Shown in pieces: positions 10,202 through 20,877 of a DNA stretch of 64,000 nt. A program made the translations under genes and the position numbers. This DNA is from Candidatus Methanoperedenaceae archaeon (lineage in GTDB: Archaea; Halobacteriota; Methanosarcinia; Methanosarcinales; Methanoperedenaceae). Numbering within the stretch: the first letter of the stretch is position 1; every line of letters starts with the position of its first letter. The DNA is taken from the NCBI GenBank assembly GCA_963753595.1, contig CAVWCX010000001.1:96001-160000 (forward strand). Direction: 5' to 3'. The notes under the pieces were generated by a model. That model saw only the letters and a program-made list of their open reading frames with translations, was not told the DNA's origin and searched no databases.

Positions 10202-11683
10202 GTGAATATTTTGACCTTATACACACTTCTTCATAAATCAGTAATTTTGAGTCTTATTTTTATGTTCTTGTCTTCATCAGTATCAGCGAACTGGCAGAAT
10301 TATGGCGGGGATCTTGTGCATAGCGGTTATTCAGGAAGTTCGCAAATTCCATTGGAATTGAGGTGGAAATACCATGCAGGGAACTCAGAAATTTCTGCGC
10401 CTGTTATTGATGAAGGAATACTTTTTGTGGGTTCTGATGATAATAATTTGTATGCTATAGACGCTGTTAAGGGTGAATTAAAATGGCAGTTTCCCGCACT
10501 TGGAAAAGTCTATACACCGGCAGCAAAAAACGGAGTGGTTTTTGCGGCTTCCTATGATAATTATATTTACGCTTTAGATTATAATGGGAACCTGAAGTGG
10601 AAATCTAATATCTGGGGCAGTATAGCCTCGCCTCCAGTTGCTGATAATAATATTCTCTATGGCGGGTCTGAGATGTATATTTATGCAATATTTATAAACA
10701 ATGGCAGTATAAACTGGAAATATGCAACCAACGGCAAGGTAGAATCCTCACCGGCAATATCACAGGGCCTTGTTTATGCCGGATCATACGATGATAACTT
10801 ATACGCCCTGGATGCAGGAAACAAAAACCTCAGATGGAAATATCCGACCGGCGGGAGCGTCACATCGTCTCCGGCTGTGATAAACGGCATTGTATTTGCA
10901 GGGTCAAACGATAACTACATTTATGCTATTGATTCCAATAGCGGAGAATTGAAATGGCGAAAAAAAACAAATGATATAGTAAAATCAACTCCTGCAGTTT
11001 TTCAAAAATCGGTTTATGTAGGTTCTAATGACAATACATTATATGCAATGGACATGGATAATGGGGATATTATCTGGAAATTTGTAACCAACGGATGGGT
11101 AGACTCACAACCAATAGTGACAAAAGATATTGTTTATGCAGGATCAAAAGACGGAACCATTTATGCTATTGATAGGGAAAAAGGAACTAAAGTCAGTAGT
11201 TATGATGCAGGCAGCGGAATAATTTCCCTGGCAATATCTGATAGTATCTTGTATGCTACATCAAATGATGGTTATGTTTATGCTTTTGGTGCCCGGATTC
11301 CTGAATCGACAACGATCTCTAAAGTCGCTCAGGATTTGATCCCTCCTGAACTTAGAATAAATCCTATTCCCATAAATGTTACTTCTGATACACTGACCGT
11401 TTCAGGCACAGCAAAGGATCCAGGCGGCATATTGATTGTTACAGTTAATGGTATTGATGCCGGGGCAGATAACTGGAAAACAACATTGAAACTTTCTAAT
11501 GGTATAAATATTATATCGATAAAGGCAGTAGATAAATCAGGAAATATTAAAACAGAGGTTCGTACGGTTAGATATAATCCTCCTGAAATTCAGGAAACAC
11601 CTGAAGTTCCGGGATTTTCTCTTTATCTTTGTTTAGTATCCTTTGCAGCAATTGTAATTTTTAGTAAAAATAAAAAAAATTAA
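10202..11683 (+). CDS. PQQ-like (BamB-type) beta-propeller surface protein with Ig-like domain and PGF-CTERM anchor
   Basis: Signal peptide; about eight repeats of SSPA...VYAGS.D..LYALD..G..W; C-terminal VPGF + TM helix + basic tail. Confidence 0.88.
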   Translation: MNILTLYTLLHKSVILSLIFMFLSSSVSANWQNYGGDLVHSGYSGSSQIPLELRWKYHAGNSEISAPVIDEGILFVGSDDNNLYAIDAVKGELKWQFPALGKVYTPAAKNGVVFAASYDNYIYALDYNGNLKWKSNIWGSIASPPVADNNILYGGSEMYIYAIFINNGSINWKYATNGKVESSPAISQGLVYAGSYDDNLYALDAGNKNLRWKYPTGGSVTSSPAVINGIVFAGSNDNYIYAIDSNSGELKWRKKTNDIVKSTPAVFQKSVYVGSNDNTLYAMDMDNGDIIWKFVTNGWVDSQPIVTKDIVYAGSKDGTIYAIDREKGTKVSSYDAGSGIISLAISDSILYATSNDGYVYAFGARIPESTTISKVAQDLIPPELRINPIPINVTSDTLTVSGTAKDPGGILIVTVNGIDAGADNWKTTLKLSNGINIISIKAVDKSGNIKTEVRTVRYNPPEIQETPEVPGFSLYLCLVSFAAIVIFSKNKKN

Positions 11684-11733
11684 TTTTGTAAAACTTAAAT
11701 AGTAATATTATTGTATGTGCTTATAACTGCAAA

Positions 11734-13995
11734 ATGACAATCTTAAATAAAATCAAGCTGGATTCTAAGAGCCACATTTTCTTATTTTTAATACTTTTAA
11801 TCGGTCTTATTGTAAGGTTTTTTACTTTTTCCCAGGTATTTGAACAAGGCCGGATAGTGTTTCTTGAGACAGATCCATATTATCATATGTGGCGGGTATT
11901 TTCATATATTGAGATGTTCCCAAAAACATTCTTTTTTGATCCGTTTATTAATTATCCATACGGAGTTGTTGTGGGGTGGCCGCCCCTCTTTGATCAAATT
12001 ATCGCGCTTATATCTTTAATTGCCGGTCTTGGGAAACCTGGCATACATCTTGTTGAAACGATAGGAGTATTTATTCCTGTTATTTCAGGTATTTTCTCAA
12101 TAATTTCAGTATATTATATAACAAAAGAAATTTTTAATGAACGTATCGCCCTCTACAGTTCCCTTTTACTTGCAGTGATGCCGGCGCATGCCCAGATATC
12201 TTTTCTTGGATTTACAGACCATCATATCGCAGAAGTTCTAATTTCGGTTCTGGCTTATTTGTTTTTTATAAAATCAATAAAAAAAGAATCCTGTTTGTTT
12301 TCAATTTTATCCGGAATTATGATCGGATTATCTTTTTTAATATGGATTGGGGCACCGATATTCATCGGGATAATATTATCCTATATAGTCATTCAATTCG
12401 TTTTGGATAAAAAATCAAATATTAATTCTGATTATCTTCTGAAAACCGGTACAATTTCTTTTTTGACCGCATTTGTTATGATCATCTTTTTTTATCTCTG
12501 GACACCATGGCAAAAGGATATCCAGGCAGGTACGCTGTCATATTTTCAGCCAGTATATGTATTTTTATGTGCTATAATAGTACTTGTTTTTGGGATAACT
12601 TCCAGGATAATGAAGGATAAAAAATGGGTTTTATTTCCGATAATGATTTTAATTATGTTCACTTCCTTTTTTTCAATACTGGTATTTAGTTTTCCATCTT
12701 TCTATGATAATTTATTAAATGGCATAGGATATTTGCTCACGGATGCGCCTCTATTAAAACAAATAGTTGAGGCACAGCCGTTATTTTATACCTATGACGG
12801 GATTTTCCTGGGATGGCAATTCTTCAGTAACCCTGTGTGGTATTCATTTGCTTTTAGTTTTTATTTTGCGATCATCGGGCTTTTATTATTGTTATATTAC
12901 CATCGAACAGGAATTGATAAAGGAAGATTGTTTCTTGTAATATGGACATCGATAGTCCTTGTGCTTGCATTGTTCCAGAGACGCTTCACTTATACGCTGG
13001 CAGTGAATGTTGCGATATTGTCGGGATTTTTTATAGATAATATCACATTTAATATACGTAATATATATAAAACATATACATATAAGTCCATGGCTTTTAA
13101 TCTGAAATCGGGCCACATCGCTTTGTTAATTCTCATGGTTCTTTGTATTCCAAATTTAGTATTGGCATATAACATGGCACAGTCCCCGCCCAAACCTTCG
13201 GATGACTGGTATGAATCATTGATATGGTTAAGAGAAAACACTCCTGATCCGGGAAAAAGTCCTGAATATGGCATAATGACATGGTGGGATTACGGGAACT
13301 GGATCTTGTATATCTCAAAGCGCCCTGTTGTTGCTAATAATTTCCAGATTGGCGGGGACAGCGCTGCGAAGTTTTTTGTTGCGCCGGATGAGACTGCTGC
13401 AAATAAGATAATGGATATGCGAAAAGCAAGATATGTGATCCTTGATCACAGGATGGGCTTAAATAAGTTCAGGGAGGGAGATCAAGTCTTGTTAAGAGGT
13501 ACATTCTTTGCTATTGCAGGTTTTGCAGACGAGGATATTGCAATGTATTTAGACCGAAATAACCTTCCCAATCAAAATTTTGCCAATACCATGTATGCCA
13601 GGATGCACATATTTGACGGAAACGGGCTTGAATATTACAGGATGATTTACGAATCAAAAGAGACACATTATAACTTATTCGACAGGCCCACGAGAAATAT
13701 CAAAATATTTGAATACGTAAAAGGAGCAAAAATTACTGGAAAAGCATCATCAAATGCAACTGTTTTTATTTCAGGAAAAATAATTACAAACCAGGGACGC
13801 ATATTTGATTATTTAAAGGAAGTAAAAGCTGATGAAAAAGGATATTTTGAGTTCATTGTCCCGTATTCCAGAGAAGGTCCATATGAAACAACATTACTGA
13901 ATAGTTATAACATAAAATACGACAATTCAAATATTTCTATCAACGTATCAGAGAATGATGTCCTGAAGGGAAATATAATAAAGGTGAACTTATGA
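11734..13995 (+). CDS. aglB: archaeal oligosaccharyltransferase AglB (STT3 family)
   Basis: ETDPYYH, DHH, multiple TM helices, WWDYG motif and ANNFQ. Confidence 0.95.
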   Translation: MTILNKIKLDSKSHIFLFLILLIGLIVRFFTFSQVFEQGRIVFLETDPYYHMWRVFSYIEMFPKTFFFDPFINYPYGVVVGWPPLFDQIIALISLIAGLGKPGIHLVETIGVFIPVISGIFSIISVYYITKEIFNERIALYSSLLLAVMPAHAQISFLGFTDHHIAEVLISVLAYLFFIKSIKKESCLFSILSGIMIGLSFLIWIGAPIFIGIILSYIVIQFVLDKKSNINSDYLLKTGTISFLTAFVMIIFFYLWTPWQKDIQAGTLSYFQPVYVFLCAIIVLVFGITSRIMKDKKWVLFPIMILIMFTSFFSILVFSFPSFYDNLLNGIGYLLTDAPLLKQIVEAQPLFYTYDGIFLGWQFFSNPVWYSFAFSFYFAIIGLLLLLYYHRTGIDKGRLFLVIWTSIVLVLALFQRRFTYTLAVNVAILSGFFIDNITFNIRNIYKTYTYKSMAFNLKSGHIALLILMVLCIPNLVLAYNMAQSPPKPSDDWYESLIWLRENTPDPGKSPEYGIMTWWDYGNWILYISKRPVVANNFQIGGDSAAKFFVAPDETAANKIMDMRKARYVILDHRMGLNKFREGDQVLLRGTFFAIAGFADEDIAMYLDRNNLPNQNFANTMYARMHIFDGNGLEYYRMIYESKETHYNLFDRPTRNIKIFEYVKGAKITGKASSNATVFISGKIITNQGRIFDYLKEVKADEKGYFEFIVPYSREGPYETTLLNSYNIKYDNSNISINVSENDVLKGNIIKVNL

Positions 13996-15605
13996 AACCC
14001 ATATGCAAAATAATGATAATATTAATTATTTTTTATTCAAGCATTTTTCCGGTATTTGCCGAGGAGCCGGAATGGGTCGATCCCCAGGAAAAAACGATGA
14101 GAATGACAGAATCATTTACAAGAGAAGGCTATGTTATAGAAGCAACTGATTTTTATGATTATTCAGCATTGATAACGGTCTTTGATACAAAAGGAAACCT
14201 TGTAACAAGAAATGTGACTCGAATTGATGATTATTTTGTCGTTGATGACAGGTTAAATATTAGTATAATCAACCTTCAGGAAGTCAGGGGTAACATAGGA
14301 GCAAATCTCGGATTAAATGTATCTGTGGACCAGTGGGTGAAGATAAGAACAAGAGTGAAAGGAAGGCCTTCAATAAAATTATCAATCATCCCGAAAGGGA
14401 TCGAAATTAATAATAAGTCAATTGTCAGGCATACATATATTCCTGGCTCTGAAATCGCGGTAAATTTTTCAGTAAGGAACGAGGGTAAGGCCAGGCTAAA
14501 AGATATGATCTTAAAGATCAATACCTCGATGCCAGTGCTGTATGATGAAAAATTGAATTATGAAATACTTGAATTGGGCGCGGGAAACGAATCCGATCCG
14601 ATCACTGTCAGGTTTCAGGCACCGTACACAGGAGAGCGAAAGTCGATATCGATCATGGTAGAAGCAATTGGATATGATATCTATGGGAAGGCATATAGGG
14701 CAGCTGATTCAGCATTTATCGAGTTAATCCCTCCATTTGATAATAAAATCGATCTTAAAAAATATATTTCAGAAAAAGTATATATGGGTGACGTTGCCGT
14801 TGTTTCCATAAATATCAGGAACAATGGAAGTCAAAAATTAGATAATGTGAATTTAACTGACAGTCTTCCACCCGGGATCGAACCAATAGATACGAACCTT
14901 TCATGGAATTTTACTTTAGGGCCATTTGAACAAAAAACAATATCATATATGGTAAAACCCCAAAAACCCGGAATTTATTTCTTCTTACCGGGAAGTTCCA
15001 TTATTGAATATCAGGGCGTATTGGATTACAATAAGAAACCCATTAAATTGATCGTGGGCGGTCCTTATGTAGTTTTATTGAAATATGCAAGCTCCTATGA
15101 TATTTTCAAAGGCGATAATGTCAATGTAACGGTGGAAGCTAAAAACATGGGAGATGCCACAGCGATAGTAAAACTCAATGAAACTATCCCGGCGAATTAT
15201 TCCCTGACTTTCGGGAACCAAACATATGAGACAGTTTCAGATACTATGGTACTTCATCCCGGTATGTCGGGATCATTTTCTTATTTGCTTTTTGCATCTG
15301 GCACAGGAGGTTTTATTCTCCCGCCGGCAAAAGCAATAATTCTTGATAAGATCCTGTATAAGGATGAACGATATACACAAAGAGCCACTTCGGCTGAAGT
15401 GATAATAAAAGTCAGGGAGCCATTGAAAATGGAACTTTCCTCTTCCAAAATGACTTCAATACCGAAAAAATCCACCAGTCCTGAAAGTATTGAGACAAAT
15501 GTCCCATCTGAAACACCTAAATCTTCAGCTGGATTCGAGGGATATATTTTTATCATTTTCGTCCTAGTTATAGTGGTTATAAGAAAATTGAATTTCAGAA
15601 TTTGA
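13992..15605 (+). CDS. S-layer-like/DUF11-BatD-type Ig-domain surface protein with PGF-CTERM-like anchor
   Basis: Signal peptide; NV.LTDSLP.G-type domains; Ser/Thr/Pro linker; AGF + TM + RK tail. Confidence 0.7.
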   Translation: MKPICKIMIILIIFYSSIFPVFAEEPEWVDPQEKTMRMTESFTREGYVIEATDFYDYSALITVFDTKGNLVTRNVTRIDDYFVVDDRLNISIINLQEVRGNIGANLGLNVSVDQWVKIRTRVKGRPSIKLSIIPKGIEINNKSIVRHTYIPGSEIAVNFSVRNEGKARLKDMILKINTSMPVLYDEKLNYEILELGAGNESDPITVRFQAPYTGERKSISIMVEAIGYDIYGKAYRAADSAFIELIPPFDNKIDLKKYISEKVYMGDVAVVSINIRNNGSQKLDNVNLTDSLPPGIEPIDTNLSWNFTLGPFEQKTISYMVKPQKPGIYFFLPGSSIIEYQGVLDYNKKPIKLIVGGPYVVLLKYASSYDIFKGDNVNVTVEAKNMGDATAIVKLNETIPANYSLTFGNQTYETVSDTMVLHPGMSGSFSYLLFASGTGGFILPPAKAIILDKILYKDERYTQRATSAEVIIKVREPLKMELSSSKMTSIPKKSTSPESIETNVPSETPKSSAGFEGYIFIIFVLVIVVIRKLNFRI

Positions 15606-15625
15606 ATTACTAATGGGTTTCCTAC

Positions 15626-16300
15626 ATGTTGAAAAAATTATTTACAAAAAATAACAGGGAATATCGGTTAATAAAGACAACCTTGATAATATCTGTCTTA
15701 ATAATTTTTGTTTCTTCTCTTGCAATATCCGTAAATGCATACGAAAGACCCGAATATACGGATGGATTGACTGATAAATGGCATCCAGGCGCCTATTGTA
15801 TACCCTGTCATTATACCCTGTTGAGTACGGATAAAGCCCAATCGATTTCAAATGGGTGCAAATGCCATGATTACGTACCGAAAAATGCAGAAAATAAGTA
15901 TAAAGTTGATATGACAAAGATTTTCAATATCCATGAGGATATCGTATGCATAAGGTGCCATGTTGGTGTGAAGGAAGGGACCAACGTGACCGCGGCGGAT
16001 TTCCACAGGATAATGAACAAAGAGACATGCATGACATGCCATACTTATGAGAATGGCACGATCCAAAAGCCACTAAAAACGAAATGCTCCGACTGTCATT
16101 CAGGTGATCCGCATGTGGTTCACGGCAAAAGGCTTGAAAAAATGTGCGAGACATGTCATGGGGATTTTGCGAAAAACTATGTTGGGGGTAAAACAATTAG
16201 TCCCATATCGACTAAACCTGAAGTTGCTGTTAAGGAATACACAACAATAGGGCAGATTATCAGTAACTTAGTTGAGTCTTTAATGCAAATATTCAGGTGA
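15626..16300 (+). CDS. exported hexaheme cytochrome c (5 CxxCH + 1 contracted CxCH)
   Basis: CIPCH, CKCH, CIRCH, CMTCH, CSDCH, CETCH; signal peptide; amphipathic C-terminal helix; paralog of 33963. Confidence 0.88.
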   Translation: MLKKLFTKNNREYRLIKTTLIISVLIIFVSSLAISVNAYERPEYTDGLTDKWHPGAYCIPCHYTLLSTDKAQSISNGCKCHDYVPKNAENKYKVDMTKIFNIHEDIVCIRCHVGVKEGTNVTAADFHRIMNKETCMTCHTYENGTIQKPLKTKCSDCHSGDPHVVHGKRLEKMCETCHGDFAKNYVGGKTISPISTKPEVAVKEYTTIGQIISNLVESLMQIFR

Positions 16301-16302
16301 AT

Positions 16303-16728
16303 ATGAAATTAATTCTGGTGCTGTTTTTCATTTCAGTAATGATTTTCTCCGGCTGCATAGGAAATCCCACAAAACAAGTACCTGTAGTACATGTTAATAT
16401 CACTTTTGTGGAAAAAGAGGGTTTTTCGCAAGTGCAAAATTATAAAATAACCCAGGAGACGGTCAACTATCTTGGAAGGCCTAAAAAAACCCAGGCTGAA
16501 TCTTTCCCTGCCATAACTGCAAGAACGATGATAATGAAAGAAAAAAATAGTAGTATAGGGCCATGGGAAACTCTGTCCTATAATGGAAATGGGATTTATT
16601 CATTTAATATCGGATTTAAGGACGACAATTATCCTGCAGCCGGAGATAAAGTACATATTTCTATAATGGTCGTTGATAAAAAAGGGGATAGAATAGGATA
16701 TTTCGTGCAGGATATGGTTTGGGAATGA
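16303..16728 (+). CDS. small beta-rich lipoprotein (paralog of 34536)
   Basis: Lipobox FSGC; shares SFP.I.AR, G.Y...I.F.D...P..GD and a terminal WE with 34536. Confidence 0.75.
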   Translation: MKLILVLFFISVMIFSGCIGNPTKQVPVVHVNITFVEKEGFSQVQNYKITQETVNYLGRPKKTQAESFPAITARTMIMKEKNSSIGPWETLSYNGNGIYSFNIGFKDDNYPAAGDKVHISIMVVDKKGDRIGYFVQDMVWE

Positions 16729-16767
16729 AATTGATACACTAAATATTGAGTATCCTGATATAATATT

Positions 16768-16788
16768 GAAATCATAAAGTATTTATGG
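16768..16788 (+). promoter_or_regulatory. putative BRE/TATA promoter
   Basis: GAAATCATAAAGTATTTATGG; near-identical to GAATCGTAAAGTATATATGC at 27746. Confidence 0.55.
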
Positions 16789-16853
16789 CAATAAAAGAAA
16801 TAAAAGGGTAGTAAAGGTATGGATATTTGATTTAATAAAAGGTGGAAAGTCTT

Positions 16854-17536
16854 ATGAGTAACAAAATGATATTAATTGGGATTGCAATAGCAGCAATTGG
16901 GTTGGTTGCACTACCACAAACATTAGCATTATTTGCAGGACAGCATAACTTCTATGATAATATAGGCAATGGCGCTGCAGCTATTCCATGTGAGAAATGC
17001 CATGCGGATGTATTTTCAGAACTGAGCCAGCCCGGATCAGTAAATGCAGTTCATATGCGTCAGGGTTGTGAGGGATGCCATGTAACGACTGCTCCTACGA
17101 AAGAAGGGCTTGTGCAGGGTGGGAATTTAACGGATGATTTCCACGCAGCTGCATTACCTTTGTGTTTGGATTGCCATAGTGGCACAGGACCAGGAGCAGA
17201 TGCGAGATCGATACTTGAAGGTACTGTAGAAGCTCATACGGCATTTGCAAACCAGGCTAATGACTCTTTGCTCCTGCGGGGTTCTAATGAAGCATGTATT
17301 TCATGTCATACACATGTTGCGGTGGACATAAACTGGACAAAGGCTTATAAGATCAGCTTCAATGCCATGGAAAATGCAACAACTGGCCTTCATGAATGGA
17401 CTGTTGATAACTTCGCTACAGAAGGTACGGTCCAGATACAGACTACGGCAACAGGTCCGGTGAGATCAATAGTGCAACAGAACCAGTAGTATCTATTACA
17501 CCAGCACCACTAGGTTTTGATCCCAGCAATCCATGA
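16854..17536 (+). CDS. tetraheme cytochrome c, nanowire-subunit-like minimal module (1-nt frameshift at ~17444)
   Basis: PQTLALFAGQHNFY; CEKCH, CEGCH, CLDCH, CISCH. As given the frame stops at 17489. The -1 frame continues YGNRSGE...SNP* and matches YGNGSGE of the paralogs. Confidence 0.85.
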
Positions 17537-17541
17537 GTAAG

Positions 17542-17580
17542 TAGGAAAAATAACTTTTTTTCCTATTTTTATCTTTTTTT
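17542..17580 (+). terminator. hairpin + T-tract terminator
   Basis: TAGGAAAAA...TTTTTCCTA followed by T-runs, directly after the restored stop at 17536. Confidence 0.55.
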
Positions 17581-18306
17581 ATGTATATCCCTTTAAATGA
17601 TATACTGTTTCTTTTAATTCTTTTGGCATTTTTGATAATGGTATATAGAAGAATTATTTACAGCATTAGTTTTTCTGAGCCAATTATCCAAACCTTTAAA
17701 ACTTTTGACAGGAAGCATAGGATCAATGCTTATATTAAACAAATAAACCAAAGACCAGAAGAATCCCAGAAAGTCGTATTAAAAGAGCTATTTATTTTTA
17801 TATTTGCACTAATGATAATGTTCCTTTTTGCTTCAAAAGCAATTTTGTTTACAGCTGTGATATCAGGGAGCATGTCTCCCACCTTCGATAAGGATGATCT
17901 TGTCCTTATGCAGAATATAGACCGTACATACAAACCCGGGGACATAATAATGTTCGAGCGGCCAGATACTTCATTTCCTGTTGTACATAGAATAAAGCAG
18001 ATTACAGACAAAGGTATAAATACAGCAGGTGATGCCACGGATCAGGTGGACTGGTGGGAACTCGAAAAAGAAAAAATTCTCGGGAAAGCTATTATGATAC
18101 AGGGGAAACCAGTAGTTATAAAAGGATATGGTAAGTTCTTCATAATTGATGAACGTAACCAGGACTTTGGTCCAATGGGGCAGGATTACGGAAAATACTT
18201 TTTATTTTTCCAGATTATAAAGATTTATGGATATGTTATTGCAGTGTTTTCTTTATTTCTTTATATTTTTATGACATTAAGGCAAAAGCCATGGCAAAGT
18301 AGATAA
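17581..18306 (+). CDS. signal peptidase I, S26 SipW/Sec11 (Ser-His) type
   Basis: SGSMSP (catalytic Ser), GDIIMF, VVHRI (catalytic His), TAGD; flanking TM helices. Confidence 0.88.
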   Translation: MYIPLNDILFLLILLAFLIMVYRRIIYSISFSEPIIQTFKTFDRKHRINAYIKQINQRPEESQKVVLKELFIFIFALMIMFLFASKAILFTAVISGSMSPTFDKDDLVLMQNIDRTYKPGDIIMFERPDTSFPVVHRIKQITDKGINTAGDATDQVDWWELEKEKILGKAIMIQGKPVVIKGYGKFFIIDERNQDFGPMGQDYGKYFLFFQIIKIYGYVIAVFSLFLYIFMTLRQKPWQSR

Positions 18307-18329
18307 TATTCTGAATGATAGGTGTATAA

Positions 18330-19895
18330 ATGGAAAAAAGGCATATCTTGCTTATCGTGGCGTTACTTTCTGCCATAGTATTCGTAATGCCAAATATTTA
18401 TTCTTTATTTGCAGGCCAGCACTGGTTTTATGATACTGGAGTGTCCTATTGCCTGAAATGCCATTCTGATATCAAACAGGAGCTTGATTCCCAATTCCAT
18501 CATACTTTTACATGCGAAAACTGCCACTCTATCAATACGAATTCAAATGCAACGCATGGAAATGTGGTTTCACCCAGATGCCTTGATTGCCATTCTAATC
18601 CCGGGCGTCTAGTGACGGATTCAAATGGAAATACATTCCTCACTCCTCTTGCATATGTTTTTGGAGAAAATGTAACAAATGCGGAATCACATAAGCCTTT
18701 GATTACAGGGGCCAATTCATCACCTCTTATGAAAGGTGAAAATGAAGCATGTTTTTCCTGCCATACCAGGAAATCGATCAGCATCAATATACGTTATGCA
18801 GATACATACAGTTTCAATTCCCGCAGGGCTGATAACGGCACATGGCAAATGTGGGATTATTCAAAAAATGCCGAAAATTCAGTAAATTTGATTATCCAGG
18901 CCAACGAATCTTCAGGAAAGCATTTGTTTTTATCATTAAATCAATTAAAATGTGAAAAATGCCATCCGAATACTGGAGACGAGCTCACAAGTTCCTCCCA
19001 TCATACATACTTTTCATGCAACTCCTGCCATCAGCTGTATTCGACATACCATGTATCAAGTATCCCCCCATGTCTTGAATGTCACGGCACAGAGCCAAAG
19101 ATGGTCACTGATATGCAAAAGAATACATATGTTGCATCTGCAGCTAAAGTCTATTCAGAAAATACGATAGGGGCAGATGCACATCTCCCGTTTGTCCTGG
19201 GCGCAAATTCAAGCAATTTATCTGCAGGCAGTAACATTGCCTGCTTTTCATGCCATTCCGGTTTAAATAATAAGATAATTTTTTCAAGACCGGAATATAT
19301 TGAATGGGATGTTGAAAATTCAGGCGGCACATGGACGATACAAAATCTTGCATTGGGAGAAACAAAGGAAGTGAAGGTTACAAAATATTCAGATGGAAAA
19401 TCCCATAATATCTCTATGGATACAGGTTGCATATCCTGCCACGATGACATAAGGCAGGCAGTCTCTAATGGCGGACATTCTAACGAGCAGTGGGGAATGA
19501 AACATAATTATTCCGATTATAGCGATATGAACTTTTATTGCAGGTCATGCCATGATCCATTTACTAAAGATAACTTTAATAATTCTCCATATCCAGCCTA
19601 TCCTTTTAACTCCATCAATCATGGTTCTATTAAAATACTATGTATGGATTGTCATGGCAGATCAGGAAGTTTGTCAGTAAGCTTCAATGGGATCATGAAG
19701 ATTCCATCTTACAACAGTACTTCCATGGGCAATATTGAGAGTTCGATCAGCCTCCAGCCGGATTTTATTCAATCGTACCTGTGCATAGCATGTAAGAACA
19801 CGGGGAATCCTGTTCCGAATACTTCATTACACTTTAAATTATATACTGAACCTGAGGTAAAGGTTTATGTCAATGGGACGCAACGATATCCGTAA
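18330..19895 (+). CDS. dodecaheme cytochrome c: three fused tetraheme modules, last site CxxCK
   Basis: PNIYSLFAGQHWFY; 11 CxxCH plus CIACK; internal module starts SGKHLF and GKSHNI. Confidence 0.9.
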   Translation: MEKRHILLIVALLSAIVFVMPNIYSLFAGQHWFYDTGVSYCLKCHSDIKQELDSQFHHTFTCENCHSINTNSNATHGNVVSPRCLDCHSNPGRLVTDSNGNTFLTPLAYVFGENVTNAESHKPLITGANSSPLMKGENEACFSCHTRKSISINIRYADTYSFNSRRADNGTWQMWDYSKNAENSVNLIIQANESSGKHLFLSLNQLKCEKCHPNTGDELTSSSHHTYFSCNSCHQLYSTYHVSSIPPCLECHGTEPKMVTDMQKNTYVASAAKVYSENTIGADAHLPFVLGANSSNLSAGSNIACFSCHSGLNNKIIFSRPEYIEWDVENSGGTWTIQNLALGETKEVKVTKYSDGKSHNISMDTGCISCHDDIRQAVSNGGHSNEQWGMKHNYSDYSDMNFYCRSCHDPFTKDNFNNSPYPAYPFNSINHGSIKILCMDCHGRSGSLSVSFNGIMKIPSYNSTSMGNIESSISLQPDFIQSYLCIACKNTGNPVPNTSLHFKLYTEPEVKVYVNGTQRYP

Positions 19896-20877
19896 AAAAA
19901 TCAAGAACCCTTTACTTGATGTTAATGAAGATGTATCTGTCAGGCCTTTTGAGCATTATTCGTTCTTTGATAAAATAGGCGTTGCCAGTGCTTTGATCAT
20001 GTCGATGGCGATATTATTAATGTCAATCATTTCTTTTTATATTGATTTTGTAAAATCAAATTATCTTTATACATTGATAGATTTAATTATTTTTGTATTC
20101 TCTCTGGGAGCTGTATACTTTGTCTTAAATGCTTTCAAGAAAAGAGTGATCACTGACCTATTGATAGATACGGCATTCCAGGAAGGAGTTTATTCAAGAC
20201 TTGCGCCTTTGGTTGAAAATATAGCCAGGTCGCATGTAGATACAAATATTATTCTGGACAGGATGTCCAATATTGATTTGAAGGTCGAAAATATTTTAAA
20301 AGAAGGGTATGCAAGGGATATAAAATCAGGTGACGTTTTACAGGAGCCCATTGCTGTTGCAACCTCAATTAAATTCGCGATCAAATCGATTTTTTTAATA
20401 GTTGTGACAATGGCTGTTTTTATGTTCCTTTTAAATTTTAATCTCGCTGGTATTACTCCCTATGCTGTTCTTTTGGTATTTATCGCATGGTGGGGATTTA
20501 TAACAAACGAATATAATTTATGGAAGGAGTCTTCTGCCTGGGCAATGGTTTTTCTCCCAATACTTGTGATACCGGTAGCCGTCATGCTTTTAGCAAATCT
20601 TTTGAATTATAACGTATTAATGGCGATACTATATGTATCTGTTGGATTATATACATTTGTTTATTATATCTGGGCTGTATATGCATCAACAGGAAGCCTG
20701 CCATTAATCGCGACAAGAAAACAAGAACAGGTAGAAAGTGAATTTTTCGCTTTACAACAAAAAGGAATGCTGAAAAAACTTTTTGATTTATCAATTTCAA
20801 GAGTTGAACAAAAATTGCAGGAAGACAAGAAAAAGCAGGAATCAGATTATATCTGGAAAAAATCTTTGAAGGACTGA
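19867..20877 (+). CDS. integral membrane protein (2 TM + helical loop + ~4 TM), paralog of 50812
   Basis: TLIDLII.VFS and WW..[IF]T.EY.L motifs shared with 50812. Confidence 0.8.
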   Translation: MSMGRNDIRKKIKNPLLDVNEDVSVRPFEHYSFFDKIGVASALIMSMAILLMSIISFYIDFVKSNYLYTLIDLIIFVFSLGAVYFVLNAFKKRVITDLLIDTAFQEGVYSRLAPLVENIARSHVDTNIILDRMSNIDLKVENILKEGYARDIKSGDVLQEPIAVATSIKFAIKSIFLIVVTMAVFMFLLNFNLAGITPYAVLLVFIAWWGFITNEYNLWKESSAWAMVFLPILVIPVAVMLLANLLNYNVLMAILYVSVGLYTFVYYIWAVYASTGSLPLIATRKQEQVESEFFALQQKGMLKKLFDLSISRVEQKLQEDKKKQESDYIWKKSLKD

